A stretch of DNA of 63,092 nt, filler included, from Atractiella rhizophila (lineage: Eukaryota), in NCBI GenBank assembly GCA_021432655.1. It is 13 parts of 12 records of this genome, joined end to end, with 100 filler letters (N's around TTAATTAATTAA, not from the genome) between each part and the next. Parts side by side here need not be neighbours in the genome. Positions count along the whole stretch, not along the records: positions 11,927 to 17,765 come from MU272349.1; positions 17,866 to 23,657 come from MU272350.1; positions 23,758 to 29,501 come from MU272352.1; 10 more parts are not named here. One strand, written 5' to 3'. The notes under the pieces were generated by a model. It had not been told where the DNA came from and did not search any database. It worked only from the letters and a program-made list of their open reading frames with translations. Both the position numbers and the translations under genes were made by a program. Below, one piece after another: positions 12,435 to 24,566 of the stretch (its first letter is position 1; every line of letters starts with the position of its first letter).

Positions 12435-15400
12435 TCTTCAAATCAGAGAGGTACAGCATAAAGAAGGCTCTAGACTGGTTGCAAAGACTATTACAGGGGA
12501 TGAATACATCCTGCAAACTTTTGAACAATGCAGAAGGGAGCTGAGGAGAGAAGAAATGGTATGGGAGTTGCTAGAGGATGCATGCAAATGGATCGATGAT
12601 GCATATGCACCACCACATGTGATGCTGCAGTCAGGACCCACACTGTATCAGGAGTTGGAAGTATTGACAGAAGAGTTTAGCAGAGGCGATCAAGAGATAG
12701 AAAAGAAAGTCCATCTTGGCCCCTCTAATCCAGACTTCCAACATGTTCGGCAGCATATATCCTGTACCCTACACATCAAATCTAAGTTCTCAGCCCTCCT
12801 CACCGATTTCCAGATAGAACCACTAGTAGTTCTGAAATTTATCAACTCCTTCCACCGGACCATTTGAACTTGGCTCGAAGGTCTCAGAACAGTAAGCGAG
12901 ATAGTGGAGAGGGAGCAGACACTTACGAAGGTAACATTGGCGCCAGACTTGAGGCATGCACCGAGGGAGAAGGAACAGAAGATAAAAGAGAAGGAGGAGA
13001 AGATTAGAGAGAGAGAGAGAGGAGTTCTTTGCGTCATTAAAAGAACAGACCACCGTTTAAACAACCGATCCCACAACAGAACTTCGCTTTTGCCCAACCA
13101 CGAGTCAACCCCCCTTTTCAACATTGCTCGCTCACAAATCCTCAAACAGTCAGTGAACGTCGATTGGCATCACCCCTCATCCCACCTAAAGTTGAACATG
13201 GAGCGTGGAAAACATTCCTCATGAGTGAACAACAGGCTTACAACATAGTGTTCAACCAGTTCGTCAGCAAAGGGATTGCCGCTTCCCCACTAAACCCATT
13301 TCCCCTTTCGCCTGAAACCCTCCCTGCCGATTCCAATGATTACAACATCTGTGGAATGGAATGAGGAGGTAGAAGTCATCGCTGTGCAGCACCACCAGTC
13401 CCACAACTCGAAAAGCAATTCTGGTGGAGCTGTAGGAACCAGAAGTTCTTCCTCGTACAGGATGCCAACAAAATATCAGTGGAGTGGGAAGGGGATAAGG
13501 AAGCAGAAAGTGAGGTGAAGGAAAGATGGTAATGCACATTCATATCAAGAGAAGTGGAGAAGGGATTGGAGTCAAGAACAATGAAAAAAGGCAAGTACCC
13601 AACTCCTGCATCAGCAAGCAGTCTGCTCATCACATCCCACATCCAGAACCTTTGGGGAGAGATGATGAGTCGGTGGAACATCCTTATGTTTCAGAGAAAA
13701 AAGGGAAAGCTTGTCACTACTACGAAGAATGAAATTGCCAAACCATCCTCCTTTGAAAAAGCAAGGATCATACCTTGACTGGCCGAGAGAGATTTTAGAG
13801 AGGTTAGAAAGGAGAGGCATCAAAAAATTCCTAGAATCAGTCCCCTCTAGCGACTCAGGTCCCGTTGACTCTCAAACAGCGGGCAAAACCTGGGGGGAAG
13901 GTGCAGGCTCTTGCCTAAGCCTCGTAAGAGCATGCCCTCCCCAACCTGGACTGGGTTGGATATGAATGATCCTGAGATCCCTTTAGAACTGGATGCTGAC
14001 GAAGAATAATCCTCCTTGTCCTCAACACCCTCAATGTCTGATCGTGAAATCTCGCCCCTGCACATCCCATCTGAGATGCAATCCCCTCCTCTGTGGGAAA
14101 GGAGGGGGAATACAAAGACTCTTTCAACAGCGCCAGATCCAATACCCAAACAGGCCCCAAACCGAACACAGGACACCCAATCATAGCTTACAGCCATTGC
14201 GGACAGATATGACTGAGCCACACACAGCAGATACAACGATAGTGCCAGAGGAGCAGAGAACCAGTCCACCTCCATAGTCAAGCGCCATGGCACCCCCACT
14301 CGCTTCAAGCTCAGACTCAACAGAGACTCCAATCATCAATATACGATAATGCACACGATTCAACCAACTACCTCCTTGTATATATCTGTCTTTTTGAATA
14401 CAATCTGTAAATTGACTGGAAACAAGGAAACATCAAACTTGATCGTTATCCTACCAACTACGGCATCAACCAAACAAAACTGGATAGTATAGAGGCCAAA
14501 GAAATACGAAAGGAATGGATCAACGCTCAGCTACCCCCTTGGCTTGATACAGGTTTCCAGCCCCTTCAAGCCAATCTTGAAGCAGTTCTATCTCGAGCTG
14601 CCATTCCAACTGCAACAGCTGAAGCGATTGATCCTTCTCCATCTGACCTCATCAAGACAATCTACAAACACAGGATAGAGTGTGAGTGTGACCTGAAAAG
14701 CAACATGTATTTGAAACCCTTACCAGTATGTATTTTGGTTTCCCTTGGCCTCTATCCTGACAAACAATCAAGTCTTTTGTTAGGCCTCGATGCAAACCTC
14801 AAGGTCGCCAAGAAGGCAACCGTTTACACTACTGTGAAGGAGGCTGGTAGTCGGTAGTCATCAAAAAGTACAAGTTACAAATATTTTTGATGGAAGATTG
14901 TTGACAATGGTAAATAAGGACCAGGAACTTGTGGGATATGCAAGTTATAAGGTTGTTTTCATCTGTAAATTCTAAATTCAAGCCTAATAATAAGACTCCA
15001 GGAATTTCTTGTTGGAAACTCACCACTTGAGATGGGTCCACCACTTGAAGGTCATGCTCAATGTGCATGGTTACCTGGAGTCGATTTCGAAGGGAGTGGG
15101 GAGCCACACATCGACCTCTACTGTCAACATAGAAACAGTGTCCTTCTCTATGTGCCCAGACTCTGGATTGGACAGGATCTAGCTCATCTCGAAATGCATG
15201 TCTTTGAATTCCTCATACAAATCCAGCACAAGCAGATTTTGTCATGGTATTTCAAGAGGCAATCTTGAAGAAGAAGGCAGACTTGAAAAGTGGGGTTGCT
15301 GTTATTCAGTTAAAGAGAGAGCTTGGAGCTGCTTATGAAAGTTGAAGACAAGTTCCAGAAGAATCTTGATCTTTGGAACAAGTGCTACACCACATTCAAG

Positions 15401-16000
15401 CTTCAAAAGGGTCACATTGTGAAGGGATGCCTTATTCAAAAGCATCAGCAGCTCCCATTTATGTCATCAAATAATGAAAAGTGGCATAATGCAGCTTGCG
15501 AGCCTGGATCAGCTTCTTCTCTTACAACTGTTCTAGTGTCCTTCCCGATATCTTCTTACACAAGAACCTCCTTGTCAAAATTAGGACTGCTCTCAGCCAG
15601 CTGACTCAGCATCACGAGCATTTGGAAGAAGGTTTTTGAGGCTGGTACTCACCACATCTTTCTTATGGATCGGAATCTTCACCTGGAAGAAATCTTATAT
15701 TCTTTCCGCCTAAACCATTGGACTTTTTTTCGAAGCACGAGTTTGGATTGGTTAAGTGTGAAAGCAGTATGTTTTCTGTACTTGCTACTGGGAGTAGTAT
15801 ATTTATTGATATTCCATGATTTTAGATTTACAGGAGTTGACCTTGATTGCTATAAAGGGAAGCGAAAGGAGCTCCTCCAAACTCTGAACAAACCAGATGA
15901 TATCAAACACCCCGAAGTAATTGTATGGCTGTCATGAATAGAGTGGTTGTTGTTATGAATGGTAAGCTATAGCGGTTCTGAAGATGGGGGTGGGATGTGA
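12435..16000. mobile_element. Degenerate, CpG-poor repeat-derived region (possibly includes KDZ/CxC-type transposon remnants near 15000-15800)
   Basis: Many short broken ORFs and visible CpG depletion. VFEAG..YSFRLNH only weakly resembles CxC-transposase motifs. Confidence 0.3.
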
Positions 16001-17865
16001 GTGAGAGATTGTGGATGTATATTAGCTTTCATTCTATGGATTGGAGGACAATCGTGAAGGAACTTGAGGATACCCCTTCAATTTGGGCAATCCCCTCAAC
16101 AGCGAGGCAGATGTTGATGTGGCGAGTTTCTCTCTAACTCCATCCTCTCCGCACTGGAGGCGTCCACCCCCAAGGCGAAATTGTCTAAGTTTTCAAAGAG
16201 GTGGTGGGATCAAGATCTCAGAGATCTTTGTGCTAGAGCTAGTAGACGGAGAAATAGTGTCAGAGTTTGGCACCATTTTAAGCTGCATTCGTGCCACTGT
16301 CATTTGTGGCTCTAGTTTTCTTTCCCCTTTACAGTTTCTCTCATTTTGCCGAGTTCCTTAAGGTATACAAAGCTCATTATAACTTCATTGTAATTCATTC
16401 CTTTAGACCCTTGGAATCAACAAATAGGTTCCAGAAGACCAAGTCGGACAAGGACTATGCTGTATGGCAAAGTGCTCTCCAACAATTCCGTCTGGCAGTA
16501 GCATCGTGAAAGCAATCGCAATGGAAGAGTTTCCTAGCAGATCTATGGTGCAGGACGCCTAGTCCGGGCCTAAAATATGCAGCATGACTCATAGTGCTGC
16601 TGAGGTCCAAAACTTTTTTGCCGATCTTTTTGTATCAAATTTGGTGAATACTGAGTTAAGAAAACTGCCCATTATAAACATGTTACTCAAAGGCAAGGTG
16701 TTCACAAAGCATGCAGAACTTGCGACAAAGTTTTGTCTCAAGGTTGCGAAAAGTGTTTCAGAGCCGATACCCAACTGCTGGAAACCGGTTGTAGTCGAAA
16801 TTTACTCGGCTATATATGGGCCGAACCCGGCTATCAGCAATTTGCAAGCAAGTTACATCTTTCCGAAATGTCCAGAATTTGACTTGAAAGTGCTCAGCAG
16901 GATATCAAGCATCAACATTCTATCTTATAGTTTGCATCTTATAGGCCTCAATAAGCTATCTGTAAGATGAATAGTGTATTAGAGCTTTTCTCACTGCTGA
17001 CTTTTTGTTGTATATTTTAGGTTGGGACTAGGTGTCCTGCACCATAGATGAGCAGATGCTATGGACTGCATCATCATATGCCAAGCACGAGAACCTTGAA
17101 AGACTAGAGAATGATATGAATTTCGGTATTCGCGGGTACCCATACACGAGTACCTGCATCCGACAAGTATACGAACTACCTTTGGCAGCTGAATTAGATT
17201 TACGAGTACCTAACGGACGAGTATGTACCTTTTCTGTAAGGTATACAATGGTTGTAGCACCCAAAGCTGCGCCGAAGGGTGTACAGAACAGATAGAAACA
17301 AGCCGAATGCCGCGCACCGTGCCACCACCGGCTGCCAAGAATAGCCCAGACGTTTTGAAACCCAGGGCGGCCAGGGGTGGCGACACAGAGAGTCAACTGT
17401 AATGCGGTGGGAACGGAAGGCAGAGGCTTCGTGCTTCTGCATCTAAAAACCAAGTGTTCTCTCCTTGATTCTTCCCTCCATTTTCTCTTCAACCAAGCTT
17501 CAACAGGGTCAATTCCAGCTCACACCACCTCTCCTCTCACCCACAGCCCTCCACTTTGCAATCACAAACAACTCCGGTCATTCCAGGAGCAGCAGATTCC
17601 TGTCCAATCCTTCGCAACAACGCGTCAGCTTACCTTGCCTTTCGACGCGACAAGAACGTGCTGAGTCTTACAGAGTAATATGGCACCTTCGCACAAAGTA
17701 AGTCTTTACATTCTTGATGATAAAAAGGGGTGGGGAGTGTGACTTTTTTTGCAAAAGGCTTTACANNNNNNNNNNNNNNNNNNNNNNNNNNNNNNNNNNN
17801 NNNNNNNNNTTAATTAATTAANNNNNNNNNNNNNNNNNNNNNNNNNNNNNNNNNNNNNNNNNNNN

Positions 17866-19137
17866 GGAGAGCGTGCGGGAGAGGTTGGAGCGGTTGGGAA
17901 TCACCGGCAATGGTCATGAGGGTCAAAGAGGTATGAGAGGGAAAGGTGCAGGTGCGGGACGAGAGTACGAGTATCATGGCTCGATGCGTCCCTTTGCTTC
18001 ATCATCGACAGCTTCCACTTCCGCCTCTGATCAGCGACAACGACAACGTCAACGTCAAGGACAAGCATCTCCTTCTCCGCCTTCTACTCCCAAAGCGTCC
18101 CAATCTCATACTAAAGCTCGAAGATCAACAGAGGAGGAAGCAGAGGATGGGGAAGAGGAGTATGATCCCCTCGAACTCGAGGGAGACTCGGAGCGCGCCA
18201 AAAGGTTGAGGACGCTTAAAGCGGAGCGTGACGCTCTCAGGAAGCTCAACTTGGTGGTGGAGGGGTTGTTGGATGGATTTAGGACCTTGAAAGCGAACTT
18301 GGATGTGCGTCTTTTCTCCTCTCTCGTGAGGGTGAGGATATTGCAGGCTGGGCGTGCAACGCGACTTTGCTCTAGACGACGCGCATGCGTGAAGTGAGAA
18401 GAGCGAGATATTCTCTGCATGGGTTGTGCTGACTCTCGATGCATATCCAATGTCTATGTTGATACGTATACTGATACTTACTGAACACAGAACTTCCCAC
18501 GTGCCATCCAAACTTCCCACGACCTCCTCGACCTCTACTCCACCCATCTCCGCTCATCAGGCCAGAATGTCGATCTGATAGAGAGCGGATGGGAAGGCAC
18601 AGGTGCCGTAAGTCCTTACATCTATCCCATCTCTTCCTCTCTCCTTTCGCTCCTTCCCTTCACAAATTCAGATATATAAAGTTGACAAATCCACCGCGGC
18701 ATAGGACGAACGCCTGGCGCGAGAGCAAGAAGAAGAAGCCATCCGGGAACGAGACCGAGAGCGCGAACGCGAGCGGGAGAAGGAGCGAGAAAAAGAGCGA
18801 GAGAAGGACGAGGCGCGACGTCGCGCGGAGGAGTCAGCTTCCTCTTCCTCCTCCTCGCGCGCTCGCGGTCGCGGAACAAGAGGGGCACGCGCACCCCTTT
18901 TCCCTAGAGGCTCGAGGATATCCCCTCCCGGTAGCGTCGCACACTCTAGTGTGGGTACTGGTGCACGACAAGCTGGAGTGGGAACGGGGAGCACTGGTCC
19001 TGCAGTAAGGGGAACGGCTAGTGTGACCGGCGTTAGGGGACAGAGAGGCTTGAGGAGTAGAGTCGTCACGCGCCCACCGGGAGGGAGCGCGCGGTAGTGG
19101 CGCTGATGTTCTTATAGAGGAGGCTAGATCGTTTTGA
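17866..19137 (+). CDS. DUO1: DASH/Dam1 complex subunit Duo1 (5' truncated, multi-exon)
   Basis: LKAERDALRKLNLVVEGLLDGFRTLKANLD spliced to NFPRAIQTSHDLLDLYSTHLRSSGQNVDLIESGWEGT (Duo1 domain ending in WxG), then an E/R coiled coil and a basic G/R-rich tail. Confidence 0.8.
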
Positions 19138-20056
19138 GGTTGGCTGCATGTTGTCGTTTCAGTTTGCATAAAACGAATGTGAGGAATGTATTATGCTATT
19201 TAGATGCGAGGCGTAGGTTACAAGGCAAGTGTGAGAGTTGATTTATGACATTAGAGAGGGCCAATTTACAATACGGAACCAATACGGAGCACTTGGCTTT
19301 AGATGAAGATCATGGGAGGAGGAGTTGGAAGTTTGCTCACGAACAAAAGTTCGCCATGTCATGTGCACTGCACTTGAGGACTTTCTTGACACCTTTGGGA
19401 TCTCGACGTTGGGCCTCGAGAAATTCGATGTACGGGACAGTGAGTCTGCTCAACAACATAGGCTTTGTTCTCACAGGAGGACATTAAGGATGTGATTCCC
19501 AATGTCATCAGTTTGAAAGTAGACGCTACAACTATCTTTCTCCCTGCACTAACAAGAGGAACTTGCCTTTGGCTCGCGTATCATTGCAACTTTGAATTCA
19601 TTCTATGTTCATCGCTGCAACATTTACTTTTCTTTCCGTCCCACAAGCACAAGCGTAAAATGTTGGTAGGTAGGAACGAAGTCAATTGCACAAACAGCTC
19701 TTTCAATGAAAAACACGATTCTTCCAAACCAAAGGGTCAGAGCTTTTCCTCGTACTCACTAACGTAACAAGGAAAGTTGGCGTCGAGTACGTTCCTCAGC
19801 TCTCAAAGAGCTCCAGACTTTACCTCCTCCTTCCCGAGAGAAGGGAGAGGGCGTTCTAGCGCTTCTTTGAGGGTAAGACAACCGCCAGCAGCTTCATCAT
19901 GCTTTTTTGATTTTGGAAGAATCGAATTTTGCAGATGATGATGATGCAAGCTTTTATAGGCACACATCATCAACCCCCACAAAAATATGGGCGAAGTGTC
20001 AGCGCGCACCGCACCTTCAAAAGACAGAAACGAAAGGTAAAAAGGACAAAAGGTGA

Positions 20057-20134
20057 TGACGAGAGTGGGATTCGAACCCACGCCCGAAGACTGCGGCCTT
20101 AACACAGCGCCTTAGACCACTCGGCCATCTCGCC
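20057..20134 (-). tRNA. tRNA-Leu(AAG), intronless
   Basis: GGCGAGATGGCCGAGTGGTCTAAGGCG-CTGTG-TTAAGGC-CGCAG-TCTTCGGGC-GTGGGTTCGAATCCCAC-TCTCGTCA. A and B boxes present, with a downstream T-tract. Confidence 0.96.
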
Positions 20135-20262
20135 ATTTGATGAGAGGCGGTCCCGCTCTTAGTTTGTTAACTTTGCGCAAGTCAAGGGAAGCTTTCCAAA
20201 GCTGAGGTCGTCTACTCGAACCCCGACCAAACGAAGGAGGGCAGCAAGGGGCAGGCGGGGAT

Positions 20263-20558
20263 GGGGGAAGGGGCAGAGGGGGGAGGAGGGAGAGGAGGGA
20301 GGAGGAGGGAGAGGAGGGAGAGGGGGAGAGAGGAGAGGAGGAGAGGAGGGAGAGAGGAGGGAGAGAGGAGGGAGAGGAGGGAGAGGAGGGAGAGAGGAGA
20401 GGAGGGAGAGGAGGGAGAGGGAGGGAGAGGAGGGAGAGGAGGAGAGGAGGGAGAGGAGGAGAGAGGGAGAGGAGGGAGAGGAGGGAGAGGAGGGAGAGAG
20501 GGAGAGGAGGGAGAGGAGGGAGAGGAGGGAGAGGAGGGAGATGAAGAGGGAAGAGGGG
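20263..20558 (+). repeat. Polypurine (GGAGAGGAG-type) low-complexity tandem tract
   Basis: About 295 nt almost exclusively G/A. Confidence 0.95.
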
Positions 20559-20823
20559 ATAGTGAATAAGAGCCCATTTTCAATGAGGTGGGTGCCTAAA
20601 CTACTGTCATGAAGAAATGGTTGTTCTCCAACATGTCACATTTTACACGTTCTTTGTCGCTGTGTGACGCTTTGTTTCATGTCATCTAACTGATGTTTGT
20701 GTACGTGTTGATATGACATTGATATCAAGATACCTTTCAATGAATTCCCACTTGTATTACGAGATCTAATGATGGTTTGACCAACCCTTCAATCAACAAC
20801 CAAACTACAAAGCTACAAAGTTG

Positions 20824-22040
20824 CTACAAGCAAGCCGAACCTCTCTCCTTGAACCATTGCCAACCTCCCCCGTGCCCAGAATTGTCAATCAACTCGATAG
20901 GAACTTTCTCCAGTTCTTCTTGCATTTGCTTGGGGTTGGGATATTGGAGAAAGTGTTCAAAATCGATGAGTTTTATTCCAGGACGCTCAGACAAGACGAC
21001 AAAGTTATTTCGATTCACATCCCCATGTAATAGTCCCAATGCATGTAACTTCTTCAGAATCGCTTGACAAGCATCAAGATCTTCGATGGAAGCAGCATGT
21101 CCCACCAATTTCTCCAACAGAAATCCAATAACACGACCGTCCTCGTGAATTGTCAGGTTTGCATCTTACGCAAATCGGCGCCCGTTCGCCGGATTGCGTC
21201 TCCTATCGTCCGTTTGCGTTCCCTGCGAATCGGCACCCGTTCGCCCATTTGCCCATTTGCACCTACATCACCACTTAGCCCAATTGTGCCTATCCTCCTC
21301 TTATTAACTCCGCATAATCCCACTGTCACTTCCCCTTTTAGTTCTCTTACATGTTTCATCTGCTCTCCTCTATGCTCTGTGGCAGTGTTATTCCGCTTGT
21401 ATATATAGATCAGAGAGTAGTGGAGGTGATCTTAGAGTATCCTCTTAGGTTTATCTCTACTACAGGTTAGTCTTCATGTCATATCATGCACTTAGGTTTA
21501 TCTCCACTACAGACGCATCGCCTATCGGCGACCGCACATAGTGTCAGCCCTAACATGAATATGTGCAATAAATCGTGGTATAAATTCGCAACCCTCCAAC
21601 AACTGATATGCTCGAGTTTCCTGCTCCACCTCAAGTATCTCCCATTCAAAATGAGCAAATTTCGCAATGTAGGTCGTTGAATCCAAGACAACTTTGGAAA
21701 CCAATGTTGTAAGCTGCTTAACCCTTTTCAAGGAAATGCAATGAACCATTTTATGATGCCATGGGAGAATACCGGTGAGTTGCTTGTTCGATGTGACGAC
21801 GTTCAAATTCCTAGTGGATTGATCTCGTGAGATGTCCGCGATGTTCCATTCTTTGTCAATAGGAAGAGATGGCAGAGATTGAATCAGCCATGAAAGCATC
21901 GCTCTGTCAAAGGTTCGAGGTTGAATTGTGAGATATTTGATTTTTTGTCCAATCTGGACGTGGTATTCACTGGCAATAGTTGGGTCTTCAACACCGTCGC
22001 CATCAATGTCCGTCGCCAAGATGGAGAGCTGATTATCCAT
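20824..22040 (-). pseudogene. Intronless protein-kinase-like gene (fungal family often labelled 'alpha-galactosidase A'), disrupted by a solo LTR
   Basis: IAKFAHFEWEI..EQETRAY..PRFIAHIH|EDGRVIGFLLE..LHALGLLHGDVNRNNF..LIDFE. Removing the insert plus one TSD copy restores a 268-aa ORF. Confidence 0.85.
21151..21555. mobile_element. Solo LTR (405 bp)
   Basis: TGTCAGG...CCTAACA termini; 5-bp TSD TGAAT at 21146-21150 and 21556-21560; internal TATATATA; partial second copy at 35161-35336. Confidence 0.92.
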
Positions 22041-24566
22041 GACTGCCTTCTATACCACATATAAAATCAATTCAAAACCAAAATCAAAATGTCAAAGAAA
22101 TCAATACCTGAGAATCTGAAGATGCTGGAGTACGATGGTCGCAGCTCGAAACAACACTACAAAGGCAGACTAAGACTAAATACTAAGATGTACTGACCTC
22201 GCTTAAATCTTGGGCGTTTCCATGAATCAGAAGTTCATGCAACGCTCATGTCTTTGAATACTTGATAAAGGCACATTTACGGAAAATTTGGGCCAAAAGT
22301 TTGCTCAATGTGGGAGACCCAGTCAATATTGACTGGAGTGGCCTTGGATTGTGGGACATGAGGCAGTCTCGTAAGTATTTGTTGTTGCTCATTGTAAGGA
22401 TCTTGGGGTCAATGTAAACATTGTAAAGCGCGTAGCCACCAACGATGTCTTCCACTTCTACACCTACCTCACCCATTCACTCACCAGCACTCCCCCGCTC
22501 GTCCACACTCTTCCCTCCTTCCGTTTCATAGAAGACAAAATTATCAAAGACCTTTTTCGTCTCTTAGACCTATCTTGAATCGCATACACGTCTTTCTCTC
22601 GTCTATTTCGCATCGATCTTAAATTTGGACCAGCATATGCAACAGGCGATTCCTTGACTTGCAGGCCCGCAAATTGCGTGGAGTGACTGGAGGCATGTTT
22701 GGAAGTGTGTTTGGGAGAGTCTTTGGATGAGATGTTGATTCGAAAAGAGGGGTGGGAGCGGTGGCAGTGGAACAGGAAGAGAAAAAGATTATGTGTGTAG
22801 TTAATGAAGGGTATTTGGAGGGATGGAGCATGGAGAAAGAGGGAAGGGAAAGTATGGTTATGGATCATCCGTTGAAGAAACCAGTGGCAGAGTTTTTGAT
22901 GAGGAATGTGGGTGTGCCAGAACAAGAAAGTCTTGCTGCACAAGTTATAGATGTTTCGTTTTCAAGATTTGATTTTTTTCTCTTTGATTTATTTCATCTC
23001 AGGAAATAATCAGCGATTTTTCTACGGTTCGAAACCGCTTGTATTCCTTGTCGAGTATCACCACCCCTCCGTAGTGCCTAACCTCCTCTCCTATCTCCTC
23101 CTCCTCGCCTCTCCAACCCTCAACTCATTCACTCCCCTCACTCTCACGTGCACACTCCTCCTCTCTCACACCTCCACTCCCCTCGTCTCGCGTCCACCCA
23201 AGCTCTACAAATCCGGCCCCTCTGCCTTCATTCTCTTCAGCTCTGCAGTCACATTTCTCAGTCTCTCTCTGGGCGTAGACTACGAAGAGGTTGTCTTATT
23301 GAAGAAGACTCCACGTGGGATATTAGGCTGTGGACCAGGTGTGAAGAGGACGAGTGAAGGATGGGGTGTGACGGTTGTGACGGGAAAAAGTGGGGTGTTG
23401 GAGATTAGCGTAAATGATCAAGCTGCGAGAGGAGGAAGGAAGGGTATGAAGATGAGACAAGCGTTAGAAACGAGCGGTTTATTTTGGAGAGAGGGAAGAA
23501 AATCCGTTGGATTTTGGTGTTAGTGGAAGATGGACAGATGAGGTTGAAAGCCATGCAATGGCAATTAGTAAAGAGGTATTGATGAATAGTAAGTGGAATT
23601 GAATTCGAAGAGTGAGTGTGTTGATGAAATGGACTAGCGTCAAGTAGATTGTCAAAGNNNNNNNNNNNNNNNNNNNNNNNNNNNNNNNNNNNNNNNNNNN
23701 NTTAATTAATTAANNNNNNNNNNNNNNNNNNNNNNNNNNNNNNNNNNNNNNNNNNNNAGAAAAAATGATTACCCCTTCGCTCGCAGATTCTGGTCTTTGT
23801 GACGGGCAGAGCTTCTCATTCGGACGAATAGCAGGAACATGGTGGTGCGTCTGACGCGAAAGTTTTGCCCTTTTGTTCATTCTACTGCTTTGAAGTGACC
23901 ACTGTCAAACGCTCGAAAATAGTGTGGCAGCATTGACTTACGAATTCTGGTCATGCATCCCCTTGGTTCTTGTTCTGAACAAATTCGTTTCGTTGACGGT
24001 AGCTAGTAGCTGCAGAACAGACAAGTAAATTGGACCGTCAATGTAATTTGGCAGGGTCCGTTCCATCTGAGCCTGAGTTGTCTCTTTTAACTTGAAAGTG
24101 ATACGCATCCACATCACATAAAGCATCATGTCTTGTTCACATTTTGTCCCCGCTGTTGCACTTTGTCGCAATCATAATGTTCAGGGAAGCGTGGCTGTGC
24201 TTTCCGCTATGTTCGACACATGGCCAAACGCGAAAAAACAAATCGTCTCCTTCGACTAAGACCACTCTTCTGTTGCTCGAGCGGTACAACGTCAATTCCT
24301 GATCTGTGAAGTGGAGCTAGGGAGACCTTTTGAGTTTGACTTGTATCATGCATGTTACCAGTCCACGAGGAACAAGGAGTGGCTTACAGAGCACACGAAA
24401 CAGCACATGCACACAGAAAGCAAGCATCATGTCGGTCTGCAGTACGAAGCTCCAAGCGAGGAGTGATCGAATCATCACAAATTGCTTAAATCAACCTTTT
24501 CAACCTCTCACTCAGTTTATCCTTCAAGGAATGATGGATACACGACCATGTTCTACTGGTGATGAA

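Noticed and set aside
20057..20134. Very short variable arm of the tRNA-Leu as a novelty
   Set aside because: Short arms occur in other fungal Leu(AAG) tRNAs as far as I recall, and the cloverleaf is otherwise canonical.
20212..20583. ORFs 20212-20583(-) and 20261-20569(+)
   Set aside because: Both are by-products of the G/A microsatellite.
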